DNA of 64,000 nt, from contig JBNJNM010000007.1 of the NCBI GenBank assembly GCA_052426225.1, positions 372,001 to 436,000 on the forward strand. Reading direction: 5' to 3'. Under the pieces are notes generated by a model, which saw only the letters and a list, made by a program, of their open reading frames with translations, searched no databases and was not told the DNA's origin. Positions 12,043 through 22,785 of the stretch are shown one piece after another; within the stretch, counting starts at the first letter, position 1, and the number at the start of each line of letters is the position of its first letter. The stretch is from Zancudomyces culisetae HAW-14-8. Taxonomy: Eukaryota > Fungi > Kickxellomycota. A program made the position numbers and the translations under genes.

Positions 12043-15000
12043 TGTCATATAATCATATGACGTGAACAAATTTTACATAGTTTTTAATTATTGGTTTTAT
12101 AGGATTAGCAGTATTATTAGATTGGACCTTTTTCCCCTCGTGGTTTTTGTCCATCATTTATAACTTAGTCAATTTATTATAATATTTTTATTATCGAAAT
12201 GAGCTGAGATAAAAGGCATTGCCGAAAAACACAAATAAAGTAACTTTTGAACTCAAAAAAATAAGAATATAGTATATACAGTTTATAGTAATAAAATATT
12301 ATAGTATAGAATTATATCAAATAATAAGACAAAGTAAACAATTAAGTTCAAAACTTAACAGTGGTGATCCAGCCAGGACCCAATTGATAGAAAATGGATA
12401 GTATTCAAAGATTTGAAGAGTCAAGTGATATTGAACCTATGGAATGGTTAAACCAGTTTAGGTTACTAGCCAAGTTAAATAAGTGGGATGAGTCAGATTG
12501 GATAGACCTAATTCAGTTAAAGTTAGGTAGAAGAGAACTCATTTGGTATAAGAAGAACTTGGATAAATTTACCGACTGGACAACCTTTACAGTAGAGTTT
12601 AGGGACAAGTTCAGCAAGGAAAATCAGGGGTACTTGAGTTACGATAAATTAAAAGAAATAAAACAAGAAAACTATAGTTCAATTGAGGAGCTAGAGTATG
12701 CATTGGAAGTATCCCTGAGAGACGCTAATGTGGAAGATGAAACAGCCAAATTCAATTGGCTTGTTAGTTCTTTAAGGCCAGAATATAAGATCAAGGTAAG
12801 AGAAGGAAAACTATCCGAATGGGATGAGGTAATCAATTGGATAATGGAAAACGAGAGAACCAAGGTGCAGAATACATCTTGGAGGTCAGAATTGGAGGCA
12901 GCGCAACGTGAGGAGCATTCAGGATTGGGTAGGCGCACTGGAGAAAACACAACAGGAAGTATAGGATATCAGGACATGCTTAACAAGATGGAAGAGTGGA
13001 GTGTTAACATACTCTCCAAAGTAGACGAAGCTGTAGAAAGGCGGATGAAGTCCGTACAAAACACAGGAAACCCGAGACATAGGTACGTACCGAGGCCGGT
13101 GAGATGTTTTAACTGCCAGAAGTTAGGACACAAGCGACATGAATGTAAGGCGAACCCCAGCCAATACAGGAACCAATCACCCCCTCAGGACCGCGGTGTA
13201 AACGTACTAGAAACAGAAAGAATGGAATCAGAAACCAGTGAAGTGTTGGCCGTTCAACGCCGAAAGAGCCCAGAGGTCAGAGCCAATCCATACAAGGCAA
13301 CACAAGCACGCCAAGAACATGTAAAGGCACCGCATCTGACACAGATTAAAATGGAGGTCCAAGAGGATATGCCTATGTCAGAACCAAAGAAACAGCCAGC
13401 TAAAATTTCAGCACCATTGAAGATGGCGGAAAACGTAAAACCATTCTCGTTAAATGAAGAGCTAGCCACCTTCTATCCACACATCTCACTTCCACAACTA
13501 CTTGAAGTGTCACCAAAGTTATCCAATGAGTTGTCCATGTTAAACAAAAAAGTAAAGAAAAATGAAATTAACGAGTTATACATGGAAGAGCCGAAACAAT
13601 CTAATTGCAAAATTCGAGCCTCAGTGTTTGGTAGTGAAGTAATAACAATCGTAGATACGGGTGCCGTTTGCTCGGTAGCCACACCTGACCTAATTGAAGA
13701 ATGGGGTTTGATGTCAGAACCGGATGAAAATCAGATTATTATAACAGCAGATGGAAAGAAGCATTTGACCAGAGGAAAGATAATAGGAGTGCCATTGGAA
13801 ATAGGGGGAATGGAGTTCCCCACGGACATGACTATAATGGATCGTATGGACAACACACTGATCTTGGGTACTGACTTCTTACAGAGATACAAGGTAATTA
13901 TCGACTTACAAACTAGATCGGTAAAAATACCATTGACGAGCGCAGAGCTGGTAGTTCCTATATACACAAACTCATACAGTGATAGCTCGGCTCAAAACTA
14001 TTCCGAGATATACCTGATGGCAAAGCTAGATAGTATTGAGGCTGAGGTGCAAGATAAATATGACGACGTTAGATTTGACAGATTGAGAGAGGAGTATAAT
14101 GATCTGTTTGTAGAGGACTTAGAAGAACTAACACAGACGGACGTGGTTGAACACACCATAGAGCTGACAGATGGTAAAGCGATTAAGCAGCGCCCTTATC
14201 GCATACCATACCATCTCCAACAAAAAGTTAGAAGTGAACTGAAAGTAATGGAGGAAAACAAAATAATCTCACCCTGCGCGTCAGAATGGTGCTCCCCTGT
14301 AGTAACCGTCTGGAAAAAGAATGGGAAGCTGAGGATCTGTGCCGATTACCGGCGATTAAACCAAGTAACTAAGAAGGATGTATACCCGCTCCCTACAATA
14401 GACGATATATTCATGTCATTATCCGGATCTATCGTGTTCAGCACGTTAGATGCCCTCAACGGATTTTGGCAGATAAAAATGGCGGAAAAAGATAGGGAGA
14501 AAACTGCCTTCTCCATACCGGGCAGTGGAAGCTACTGCTATAACGTAATGCCATTTGGGCTTACTAATAGCCCAGCTTCATTTCAGCGGCTCATGGAAAA
14601 AACATTGGAGCCTGTCCTGTGGAAATCTGCCGTAGTTTTTATAGACGACATCATCGTCTTTTCAAAATCCTTAGACACGCATGTAGAAGACCTAAGGCAA
14701 GTATTTGATCTATTGAAAAGCAACAAGGTTCAACTGCACAGAAATAAGACCTACTTGGGAATGAGAAGGATAGAGTATCTGGGACACGTCTTAACTGAAG
14801 AGGGGATTGAAACAAGTCCAGCTAAGATAGAAGCAATACAGAAGTTTATGCGACCTACGTCAGTAAAAGAGCTACAATCATTCTTAGGCTTGACTGGCTA
14901 CTATCGTAAGTTTGTTAAGGAATATGCATTAACAACAGTACCTCTATTAAAATTATTAAAAAAGAATTCGAAGTGGGCTTGGGACGACGAAATGGAAATG

Positions 15001-17090
15001 GCGTTTGAGAAGCTAAAGAACGCACTCTGCTCACCCCCGACTCTAACCCATCCCGATTGGGAACAAGAGTTTATATTAACTACTGATGCATCTTACAAAG
15101 GTATTGGTGGAATTTTGTCTCAGTTAAAGAACAATGAAGAAAAGCCCATATGCTACATCAGTCGTACCACCAATAAACATGAAAAGAATTACAGTGTGAC
15201 TCATTTGGAAGGGTTAGCACTAGTGTGGTCAATCAAAAAGTTTAAATACTATCTATGGGGTCGTCACTTTACTATCAGAACCGACCATAAATCACTTCTC
15301 CAGCTATTCGACGGAACAGAGATCACTGGAAGAGTTGCCCGTTGGGCAATGATTCTAAGGAATTACAATTACACCATAGTACATTGCCAAGGAAAGAACA
15401 ATCCCGCCGACGCGCTGTCAAGGTTAGAAACTGATAACATACCTAAGAAGGAAGAGACTATCGACGTTCTTGCTATGGATTTTCTTTATTATGAAGCGAT
15501 AAAGGAATATTTAAGAAGTTATAACTATCCTAATAATGCAGACGAGAGTTTCAGAAAAAGATTAAGAGACAAAAGCCGTAAATACAAGTTGCAAGGTGAT
15601 AAGCTAGTAAGAATAGTAAAGGGTAATAAAAAGGAAGTACTTCACGAACGTAATGTCTACAACGAAATAAAACTAATACATGAGGAAGGACATGAAGGAA
15701 TGACAAACACATGGCTAAAAGTTAAAGAAAAATTTACAGGGAATAGATTATTTGATACAGTAAAAGCTGTAGTAAACCAATGCGAGAGCTGTCAATTATT
15801 TAAAGGAAGCCGAGTAAAAAGGATAGGACTCCAACCCATATTGGCTCCAAGACCCTTTGAAATATTTGGACTTGATGCTATAGGGCCGATATCACCTATA
15901 TCGAAGGCCGGAAATAGATTTATTCTTACGGGGATAGATTACTTTACAAAATGGCCAGTAGCGATAGCAGTAAGTAATATTCAAACAGAAACCATTATTA
16001 ACTTTATCATCACAGAAATAGTTCAGAACTTTGGTGTTCCGGCTCAGGTTATAACAGACAGAGGCGCAGGATTCATAAGTAATCTTTCAGAAAAGTTGTA
16101 CCAAGAGTTAGAGATCAGACACACTCCAACCACAGCCTATCGTCCCCAAAGCAATGGACAGGTAGAGCGGTTGAACCAAACACTTAAGAACTCTCTAGTC
16201 AAGCAATGTAGAAAAAATAAAGAGAACTGGGACCAGTACATCTGGAAGTCCCTTCTGGCCATTAGAACAATGAGGAATAATGCCACAAAATTTAGTCCCG
16301 CGGAGCTGCTATATGGCACTAAAATTTCTACTCCAAGTACTTGGACACCCCCGCCTGATGTCGAGGATATGGACATTGCCATACAAGAAAGAGTAGAAGC
16401 GATCAAGTCGGAATTACCTGCATTGAGGAGGTCAGGGCTAACGAACAGTAAAACTACTAAGGAGAAAGAAAGAATCAGGTACAATAGAAATGTTCAAGTG
16501 TACGAGTTTAAGGAGGGTAATCTAGTGCTCAAAAAAGTGGAACAACCGCAGAGCAAGTTCGAACAGCTATGGGAAGGCCCATACCGTGTCGACAGAAAAT
16601 TGAGGTTAGGTACCTATGTTATAACGGACAGTGATGGTAACCGAGACCTCGTACACGGGGACCTACTGAAACACTACCACTATAAGGACGAGATGATACC
16701 AGATGTTACTACAACATTGAAGTCAAAGCTAAAAAGATTTAGGATGGTAGGTCCAATCTGGAGCAGGGGTTCTGTCATATAATCATATGACGTGAACAAA
16801 TTTTACATAGTTTTTAATTATTGGTTTTATAGGATTAGCAGTATTATTAGATTGGACCTTTTTCCCCTCGTGGTTTTTGTCCATCATTTATAACTTAGTC
16901 AATTTATTATAATATTTTTATTATCGAAATGAGCTGAGATAAAAGGCATTGCCGAAAAACACAAATAAAGTAACTTTTGAACTCAAAAAAATAAGAATAT
17001 AGTATATACAGTTTATAGTAATAAAATATTATAGTATAGAATTATATCAAATAATAAGACAAAGTAAACAATTAAGTTCAAAACTTAACA
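12043..17090 (+). mobile_element. Intact Ty3/Gypsy LTR retrotransposon E3
   Basis: Apparently identical 318-bp LTRs 12043-12360 and 16773-17090 (TGTCA...TTAACA). PBS 12362-12379; short PPT ~16760-16769. Confidence 0.97.
12394..16782 (+). CDS. E3 Gag-Pol polyprotein, single ORF (1462 aa)
   Basis: CFNCQKLGHKRHEC, VDTGAV, FIDD, TDAS, HHCC/DDE integrase and WEGPY motifs. The stop codon lies inside the 3' LTR. Confidence 0.97.
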   Translation: MDSIQRFEESSDIEPMEWLNQFRLLAKLNKWDESDWIDLIQLKLGRRELIWYKKNLDKFTDWTTFTVEFRDKFSKENQGYLSYDKLKEIKQENYSSIEELEYALEVSLRDANVEDETAKFNWLVSSLRPEYKIKVREGKLSEWDEVINWIMENERTKVQNTSWRSELEAAQREEHSGLGRRTGENTTGSIGYQDMLNKMEEWSVNILSKVDEAVERRMKSVQNTGNPRHRYVPRPVRCFNCQKLGHKRHECKANPSQYRNQSPPQDRGVNVLETERMESETSEVLAVQRRKSPEVRANPYKATQARQEHVKAPHLTQIKMEVQEDMPMSEPKKQPAKISAPLKMAENVKPFSLNEELATFYPHISLPQLLEVSPKLSNELSMLNKKVKKNEINELYMEEPKQSNCKIRASVFGSEVITIVDTGAVCSVATPDLIEEWGLMSEPDENQIIITADGKKHLTRGKIIGVPLEIGGMEFPTDMTIMDRMDNTLILGTDFLQRYKVIIDLQTRSVKIPLTSAELVVPIYTNSYSDSSAQNYSEIYLMAKLDSIEAEVQDKYDDVRFDRLREEYNDLFVEDLEELTQTDVVEHTIELTDGKAIKQRPYRIPYHLQQKVRSELKVMEENKIISPCASEWCSPVVTVWKKNGKLRICADYRRLNQVTKKDVYPLPTIDDIFMSLSGSIVFSTLDALNGFWQIKMAEKDREKTAFSIPGSGSYCYNVMPFGLTNSPASFQRLMEKTLEPVLWKSAVVFIDDIIVFSKSLDTHVEDLRQVFDLLKSNKVQLHRNKTYLGMRRIEYLGHVLTEEGIETSPAKIEAIQKFMRPTSVKELQSFLGLTGYYRKFVKEYALTTVPLLKLLKKNSKWAWDDEMEMAFEKLKNALCSPPTLTHPDWEQEFILTTDASYKGIGGILSQLKNNEEKPICYISRTTNKHEKNYSVTHLEGLALVWSIKKFKYYLWGRHFTIRTDHKSLLQLFDGTEITGRVARWAMILRNYNYTIVHCQGKNNPADALSRLETDNIPKKEETIDVLAMDFLYYEAIKEYLRSYNYPNNADESFRKRLRDKSRKYKLQGDKLVRIVKGNKKEVLHERNVYNEIKLIHEEGHEGMTNTWLKVKEKFTGNRLFDTVKAVVNQCESCQLFKGSRVKRIGLQPILAPRPFEIFGLDAIGPISPISKAGNRFILTGIDYFTKWPVAIAVSNIQTETIINFIITEIVQNFGVPAQVITDRGAGFISNLSEKLYQELEIRHTPTTAYRPQSNGQVERLNQTLKNSLVKQCRKNKENWDQYIWKSLLAIRTMRNNATKFSPAELLYGTKISTPSTWTPPPDVEDMDIAIQERVEAIKSELPALRRSGLTNSKTTKEKERIRYNRNVQVYEFKEGNLVLKKVEQPQSKFEQLWEGPYRVDRKLRLGTYVITDSDGNRDLVHGDLLKHYHYKDEMIPDVTTTLKSKLKRFRMVGPIWSRGSVI

Positions 17091-17093
17091 AAT

Positions 17094-17467
17094 TGTCGTA
17101 TAAATATAGTATAAGTAAAACTGTATTTGAGAACTGATGTTGTTTTATTTTAGAAATACTAAACCTTATATAAAATTCTGTAAAAATTATAATCCTAATA
17201 AAATACTTTAATCATATAAATTTTATGATAACATGTGAAATAATAATAATCTGAAACAAGTAAATGAAACATAAGCTAAAATTGTAAATCCAGTCATTAA
17301 AATTTATAAACGTGTTGGGGATGATTTTCTCAACTGTCGATCCATCTGAAATGCTTTGTCATGCGGATTTACGGGAATGTAACGTGAATTTAATCTAACC
17401 ATCTTTGCAATTTATTAAAAACCCAGTGGGAAAAAATTATAAATTGCGGTGATTAAAATTCACGACA
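17094..17467 (-). mobile_element. Solo LTR S2 (374 bp), related to the E2 and S4 LTRs
   Basis: TGTCGTAT...TTCACGACA. Shares ACGTGAATTTAAT and its terminus with the E2 LTR, and AAAAACCCAGTGGGAAAAA with S4. Orientation inferred from E2. Confidence 0.85.
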
Positions 17468-17472
17468 AATAC

Positions 17473-17693
17473 TGTTATATAGTGGAATTATATACCTGTA
17501 TTTCCTTGTATTTTATTGGTTAATTTAATTAGTATTATTTTATGCATTAAATAGTCTAGTTTTGAATTAATTAATAAATTGTCTTTTACTCCCACAATAA
17601 TTATAGTACTAATATATAATAATAAAAGTCCCGTCCTGTATAATACTGGGTAATTATATTACTCAGTAGGACGTTAAACATGTAATTATACAA
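17473..17693. mobile_element. Solo LTR S3 (223 bp), split by E4; its last 2 nt (CA) lie at 22780-22781
   Basis: Reconstructs to TGTTATAT...ATACAACA, flanked by ATAC (17469-17472) and ATAC (22782-22785). Confidence 0.75.
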
Positions 17694-18060
17694 TGTCGTA
17701 TAGTACAATAGTACTATGTTTTAGTTTAGTTTTGTTTATTTTAGTATATTTTTTAGTTCAATTTTATAAAGTTATTTTAGATAGGTTTTATTGGCTAAAA
17801 TTACGTAAAGGAAAAACAATGAAAATTGAATCCCTTTAATCGTAATTAGTTTTTATTTAAGGTTTGGTAGAGTTTTTGTGAGAGTCTTATCTATCAGATT
17901 TTTTGGTTCACATTAATAAATATTAGATTCTAATCACTCAATATATCAGTACAAGTTAATCTTTAAGTGGTATTAGTTATCAAGGATAATACTTACTTAG
18001 AGTTACAAATTATATTGTTTTTACATTAGGTATAAATAAAATTTCTTTATTATACGACAG

Positions 18061-18080
18061 TGGTGCCTTCTGTCGGAATC
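18061..18080 (+). promoter_or_regulatory. PBS of E4 (TGGTGCCTTCTGTCGGAATC), a different primer tRNA, possibly Thr
   Basis: 1 nt after the 5' LTR. The complement GATTCCGACAGAAGGCA-CCA has the form of a T-arm plus acceptor stem; identity is uncertain. Confidence 0.75.
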
Positions 18081-18101
18081 TACATCGATACTAATTGAAT
18101 C

Positions 18102-21100
18102 ATGGACAAAGTCACTATATTCGAAAGTGGGAAAGGAATAAACGCCGAGGACTGGCTTGAGGACTTTCAACTAATTGCGAAGATTAACAAGTGGGACCCT
18201 GAGGATTGGGTCGGGTTAGTTAAGTTGTGGCTAGGCAAGTCTGAAACAATCTGGTATAAGAGGAACAAGAATAGTTTCACGTCGTGGGAAATATATACTA
18301 AGGAGTTCAAAAAGAAATATAGTACAGTGTTTTCTACTAGTGGAGCATGGACCAGACTTGGAACAATCAAACGAGCAGAGTTTGAAAGTCTGGAGGAGCT
18401 AGAAATGGAATTGGAAAAGTTATGGAAACAAGTAGGAATCAAGGAAGAGGTGACTAAACTTGGTTCACTGGTTAGTACGTTCTCAGATGATATTAGGGAA
18501 AGACTTTCAGATAAGGAAGGTTTAGATAGAGAAGCGGTACTTAAGTTAGTGGCTAAGTTGGAACAAAGTACAAATTGTAGGAGGGATATACAGGCAGCAA
18601 TTAAGAGTAGTAAGCCAACTACTAAGAACGCTGCTACCCGGTCAGGCAAGTCGGTAAAAGAATTGACTACGGAAGCTGGGCAGTTTGGAGAGTTTCTCAA
18701 AACCTTTCAAGAGCTTAGTGTCAGCCTCTTGGAAAAGTTAGATCAAACGGTTGCTTCAACTAAAAAGTGGGGAAGTCAAGCAAAGGTGGAACGTGCAAGC
18801 ACATGGGAGTGTTATTATTGTCATGAGAAAGGTCACCGGAAGTTTGAATGTCCACGGTTTCAAAAGGAGCACGAGGAAAAGAAAGTCAATTTTTTATCCA
18901 TAGGTACTGAACCTACTGAAGTAGACGAAGTACTTATGGTAGAAAAAAGAAAAGCAACGGATGCGGCTGGTCGAGTTGGAAGACCAGCTAAGATTAGAAA
19001 TACGGGAGACATGGACGCACAGGAGCTTCGGGCGGAGAGAGTCACCCAACCGGAGTCAGGAACGATTGATAGAGTGAAAAAGTTCAATTTGAGGGAAGAG
19101 TTGGAGAAAGTCTATCCAAAAATTAGCATGATTCAATTACTTCAAAATTCGGAAAAAATTGCACAGGATTGGAAAAACATAGTTGAAGTTTCACCGCAGA
19201 CCGCCCTAAACGAGATAAGAATCCAGGAAAAAGCTACTACAAACTGTAGTATGACGGTTGAGATTTACCAGTTACAGTGGAAAGCGGTGGTAGACACAGG
19301 GGCGGCATGCTCTGTGATTACTACAGGTGCTTTGAACAAGATTGGTTTGGAGCCTAACATGAAGAGTTCGCACGTTATTATAACAGCGGACGGGAAACGT
19401 CATGAAACTCTAGGTGTGGTGTCAGGTGTACCAATTATGATTAGTAAAATTGAGTTCGTAGCATCATTGGTGGTGTTGGGAAATATGTCACCAACAATAA
19501 TATTAGGTATGGATTGGCTTTTAAAACATAAAGCCAGTCTAAATCTAGCAGTGCCAGAACTAAGATTACCTGTGGATAGAGCAGAAGTGGTAACACCACT
19601 AGTTACTACCAAAGAAGCACATACTGTAGAGGAAACCTGGGATTTATATTTTTTCACGGAATCACCAACAGGAATACAAGGTGATGGTGTAGCAGGTTTA
19701 GAGGCCTTGATCCAGGACTATAACGAATTATTTGTAGATGATATCGACAAGTTAAAGCAAACAAATGTAGCCGAGCACAGGATAGTACTCACGGATAACA
19801 GGCCAATTAAGCAAAGACCGTACAGGATACCGTTTCGTCTACAAGAAGAAGTAGGAAAAGAAATAGATAGGATGTTAGAGCAAAATGTAATTGCACCTAG
19901 TAACTCCGAGTGGTGCTCGCCGGTGGTGGTTGTCCAGAAGAAAAACGGTAAACTGCGCATCTGCGCAGATTATAGGAAGTTAAACGCAGTTACAGTCAAA
20001 GATTCATACCCACTACCGATTATTCAGGATTTGTTTATGGCCTTGGCTGGTGCGTGCATCTTTACTACTTTAGATGCACTCAGCGGCTTTTGGCAAATAA
20101 AAATGTCAGAAGAAGACCGAGAAAAGACGTCATTCGCGTTGCCGGGAGGGGGGAGTTACCACTATAACGTCATGCCTTTCGGTTTGACAAATAGCCCTTC
20201 CACTTTCCAAAGAACAATGGAAACTGTGTTGAAAAAAGTTCTATGGAAGAAGGCAGTTGTTTTTGTTGACGACATAATCGTCTTTTCAAAAAGTGCAAGC
20301 AGTCATGTAGAAGATCTTAAGGAAGTTTTAGAATTATTAAAACAAGGCCAGATACAGTTGCATAAAGATAAATGCAATATAGGGTTAACAGAAATTGATT
20401 ATTTGGGTCATGTTATTTCGGGTGAAGGTATTGCAACTAGTTCAACAAAAATTGAAGCCATTTCAAAGTTAAAGTCACCGACATGCATAAAAGAAGTTCA
20501 GTCATTTTTGGGGATGACAGGTTATTATCGTAAGTTTATTGAAAAATATGCTATAATAGCTAACCCACTAACTGCGTTATTAAAGAAAGGAATAAAGTGG
20601 AACTGGGGAAAATCTCAAGAAGAAGCATTTTTAGAGTTGAAAAAAGCGATGACGGAAGCCCCAGTGCTTGCGCACCCAAATTGGGATTATTCTTTTGTGG
20701 TTACGACGGACGCTGCAGTTAGTGGAGTTGGAGCAATACTATCACAAGTTATTGAAGGAAAAGAAAGACCAGTGGAGTATGCAAGTAGAACAACCAGTAA
20801 TGCAGAGAAAAATTATTCGATCAGTCACTTGGAGGGGTTGGCGGTTGTCTGGGCCGTTAAAAAGTTTAAGTTTTATTTATATGGTAGGAAGTTTGTAATA
20901 AAAACCGATCATAAAGCATTATTAAATATGTTTAACGGCGAAGAATTAAGTGGAAGGCTAGCTAGATGGGCTATGTTTCTTAGAAGTTACGAATTCGATA
21001 TAGAGCATATACCAGGGAAGGTCAATCCTGCTGACCATTTATCTCGAAGTAGTCTGATAGAAACAACTGAGGAAGAATCAATTGAAGTCTACAACATTTG

Positions 21101-22397
21101 GGTAAACGAAGAAAATTTAGTTAGGCAATTTTTATTAGATGGAACACTGCCACAAGACGTTTCAGAAGAGTTAGCTGAAAAAATAAAGAAAAAATCTAAG
21201 TCATACAAGCAGGTGGATGGCAAAATATACAGGTGGGTTAAGGGACAATTAAAAGAAGTTTTGACGGCTGAAGAGAGTATAGATATGATCAAGAAGGTTC
21301 ACGACGATACACACGAGGGTATCGAAAACACTTGGGTAAGAGTAAGCAGAAATCATTATGCTAAAGGATTGTACAAGCAGGTAGTGGACTATGTTAAGCG
21401 GTGTCATGTTTGTCAAGTTTTCAAGGATGGGAGAAGTCGTAAACACCCGTTGGTACCAGTGCATGCAGTCAAGCCGTTCGAAATATTCGGTATGGACGCT
21501 ATCGGTCCTATCAATCCTATTTCAGAGTCAGGAAATCGTTATATTCTAACAGCTATAGATTATTGCACGAAATGGCCGATAGCCATTCCCGTAGACAACT
21601 TGTTAAGTGAAACTATAGTAGACTTTATAATAAACAATATCGTTACTTACTACGGTGTACCACAGAAGATAATAACAGATAGGGGTTCGAGCTTTGTCAG
21701 CAACGTTACTACTGAGGTATTCAACTGGTTACAGCTGGACCACAGTCCTACCACTTCATACCGTCCGCAGAGCAACGGACAGTGTGAACGATTGAACAAG
21801 ACGTTAGTAAATTTGTTACAGAAGATATGTAGGAAAGACAAAAATAATTGGGATCGTTACCTGTGGAAGGTGTTACTCATCATGAGAACTATGGAGAGCA
21901 AGAGTACTGGTTATACACCCGCCGAGATGATTTACGGAACCGAAATGTGCATTCCCTCGACTTGGAAATCTAATGGTGTAATTGAAGATGAAGTTGAACA
22001 AGTTAAAAGTAGATTGGAGCTAATGAAGAGTAACTTACCGCAAATAAGAAAAATCGGGGTTCGCAAAGCTGTAGCAGCAAAAGAATCTGAAAAAGTAAGA
22101 TATAATAAAACCGTTAAATTTACAAAATTTCAAGTTGGAGAAAAAGTGTTAAAGTTAGTAGAGTATGAAAGAGGAAAGCTTGAAAGTTTATGGGAAGGCC
22201 CATATACAGTTATGAAAAGGTTTACTAAGGGGGCTTACTTAATCTCAGATCAGTTCGGAAATAGAGATTTAGTCAACGGAGACTTGCTAAAGAAGTACCA
22301 TGAATCTAAATTTATGATTCCCGAAATTTCAAATCGACTTCGACCTAAGTTACTTACCTTTAAACAGGCTCAAAATAATGAGGGCATTATCGCCTAA
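18102..22397 (+). CDS. E4 Gag-Pol polyprotein, single ORF (1431 aa)
   Basis: CYYCHEKGHRKFEC, VDTGAA, FVDD, RNase H, integrase and WEGPY motifs. Confidence 0.97.
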   Translation: MDKVTIFESGKGINAEDWLEDFQLIAKINKWDPEDWVGLVKLWLGKSETIWYKRNKNSFTSWEIYTKEFKKKYSTVFSTSGAWTRLGTIKRAEFESLEELEMELEKLWKQVGIKEEVTKLGSLVSTFSDDIRERLSDKEGLDREAVLKLVAKLEQSTNCRRDIQAAIKSSKPTTKNAATRSGKSVKELTTEAGQFGEFLKTFQELSVSLLEKLDQTVASTKKWGSQAKVERASTWECYYCHEKGHRKFECPRFQKEHEEKKVNFLSIGTEPTEVDEVLMVEKRKATDAAGRVGRPAKIRNTGDMDAQELRAERVTQPESGTIDRVKKFNLREELEKVYPKISMIQLLQNSEKIAQDWKNIVEVSPQTALNEIRIQEKATTNCSMTVEIYQLQWKAVVDTGAACSVITTGALNKIGLEPNMKSSHVIITADGKRHETLGVVSGVPIMISKIEFVASLVVLGNMSPTIILGMDWLLKHKASLNLAVPELRLPVDRAEVVTPLVTTKEAHTVEETWDLYFFTESPTGIQGDGVAGLEALIQDYNELFVDDIDKLKQTNVAEHRIVLTDNRPIKQRPYRIPFRLQEEVGKEIDRMLEQNVIAPSNSEWCSPVVVVQKKNGKLRICADYRKLNAVTVKDSYPLPIIQDLFMALAGACIFTTLDALSGFWQIKMSEEDREKTSFALPGGGSYHYNVMPFGLTNSPSTFQRTMETVLKKVLWKKAVVFVDDIIVFSKSASSHVEDLKEVLELLKQGQIQLHKDKCNIGLTEIDYLGHVISGEGIATSSTKIEAISKLKSPTCIKEVQSFLGMTGYYRKFIEKYAIIANPLTALLKKGIKWNWGKSQEEAFLELKKAMTEAPVLAHPNWDYSFVVTTDAAVSGVGAILSQVIEGKERPVEYASRTTSNAEKNYSISHLEGLAVVWAVKKFKFYLYGRKFVIKTDHKALLNMFNGEELSGRLARWAMFLRSYEFDIEHIPGKVNPADHLSRSSLIETTEEESIEVYNIWVNEENLVRQFLLDGTLPQDVSEELAEKIKKKSKSYKQVDGKIYRWVKGQLKEVLTAEESIDMIKKVHDDTHEGIENTWVRVSRNHYAKGLYKQVVDYVKRCHVCQVFKDGRSRKHPLVPVHAVKPFEIFGMDAIGPINPISESGNRYILTAIDYCTKWPIAIPVDNLLSETIVDFIINNIVTYYGVPQKIITDRGSSFVSNVTTEVFNWLQLDHSPTTSYRPQSNGQCERLNKTLVNLLQKICRKDKNNWDRYLWKVLLIMRTMESKSTGYTPAEMIYGTEMCIPSTWKSNGVIEDEVEQVKSRLELMKSNLPQIRKIGVRKAVAAKESEKVRYNKTVKFTKFQVGEKVLKLVEYERGKLESLWEGPYTVMKRFTKGAYLISDQFGNRDLVNGDLLKKYHESKFMIPEISNRLRPKLLTFKQAQNNEGIIA

Positions 22398-22785
22398 AGG
22401 GGGAGTGCTGTCGTATAGTACAATAGTACTATGTTTTAGTTTAGTTTTGTTTATTTTAGTATATTTTTTAGTTCAATTTTATAAAGTTATTTTAGATAGG
22501 TTTTATTGGCTAAAATTACGTAAAGGAAAAACAATGAAAATTGAATCCCTTTAATCGTAATTAGTTTTTATTTAAGGTTTGGTAGAGTTTTTGTGAGAGT
22601 CTTATCTATCAGATTTTTTGGTTCACATTAATAAATATTAGATTCTAATCACTCAATATATCAGTACAAGTTAATCTTTAAGTGGTATTAGTTATCAAGG
22701 ATAATACTTACTTAGAGTTACAAATTATATTGTTTTTTACATTAGGTATAAATAAAATTTCTTTATTATACGACAACAACAATAC

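Larger units (their letters stand above)
17694..22775 (+). mobile_element. Intact Ty3/Gypsy LTR retrotransposon E4
   Basis: LTRs 17694-18059 and 22409-22775 differ by one T in a homopolymer. TSD ACAA (17690-17693 / 22776-22779); PPT AAAGGGGGAG 22396-22405. Confidence 0.97.
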
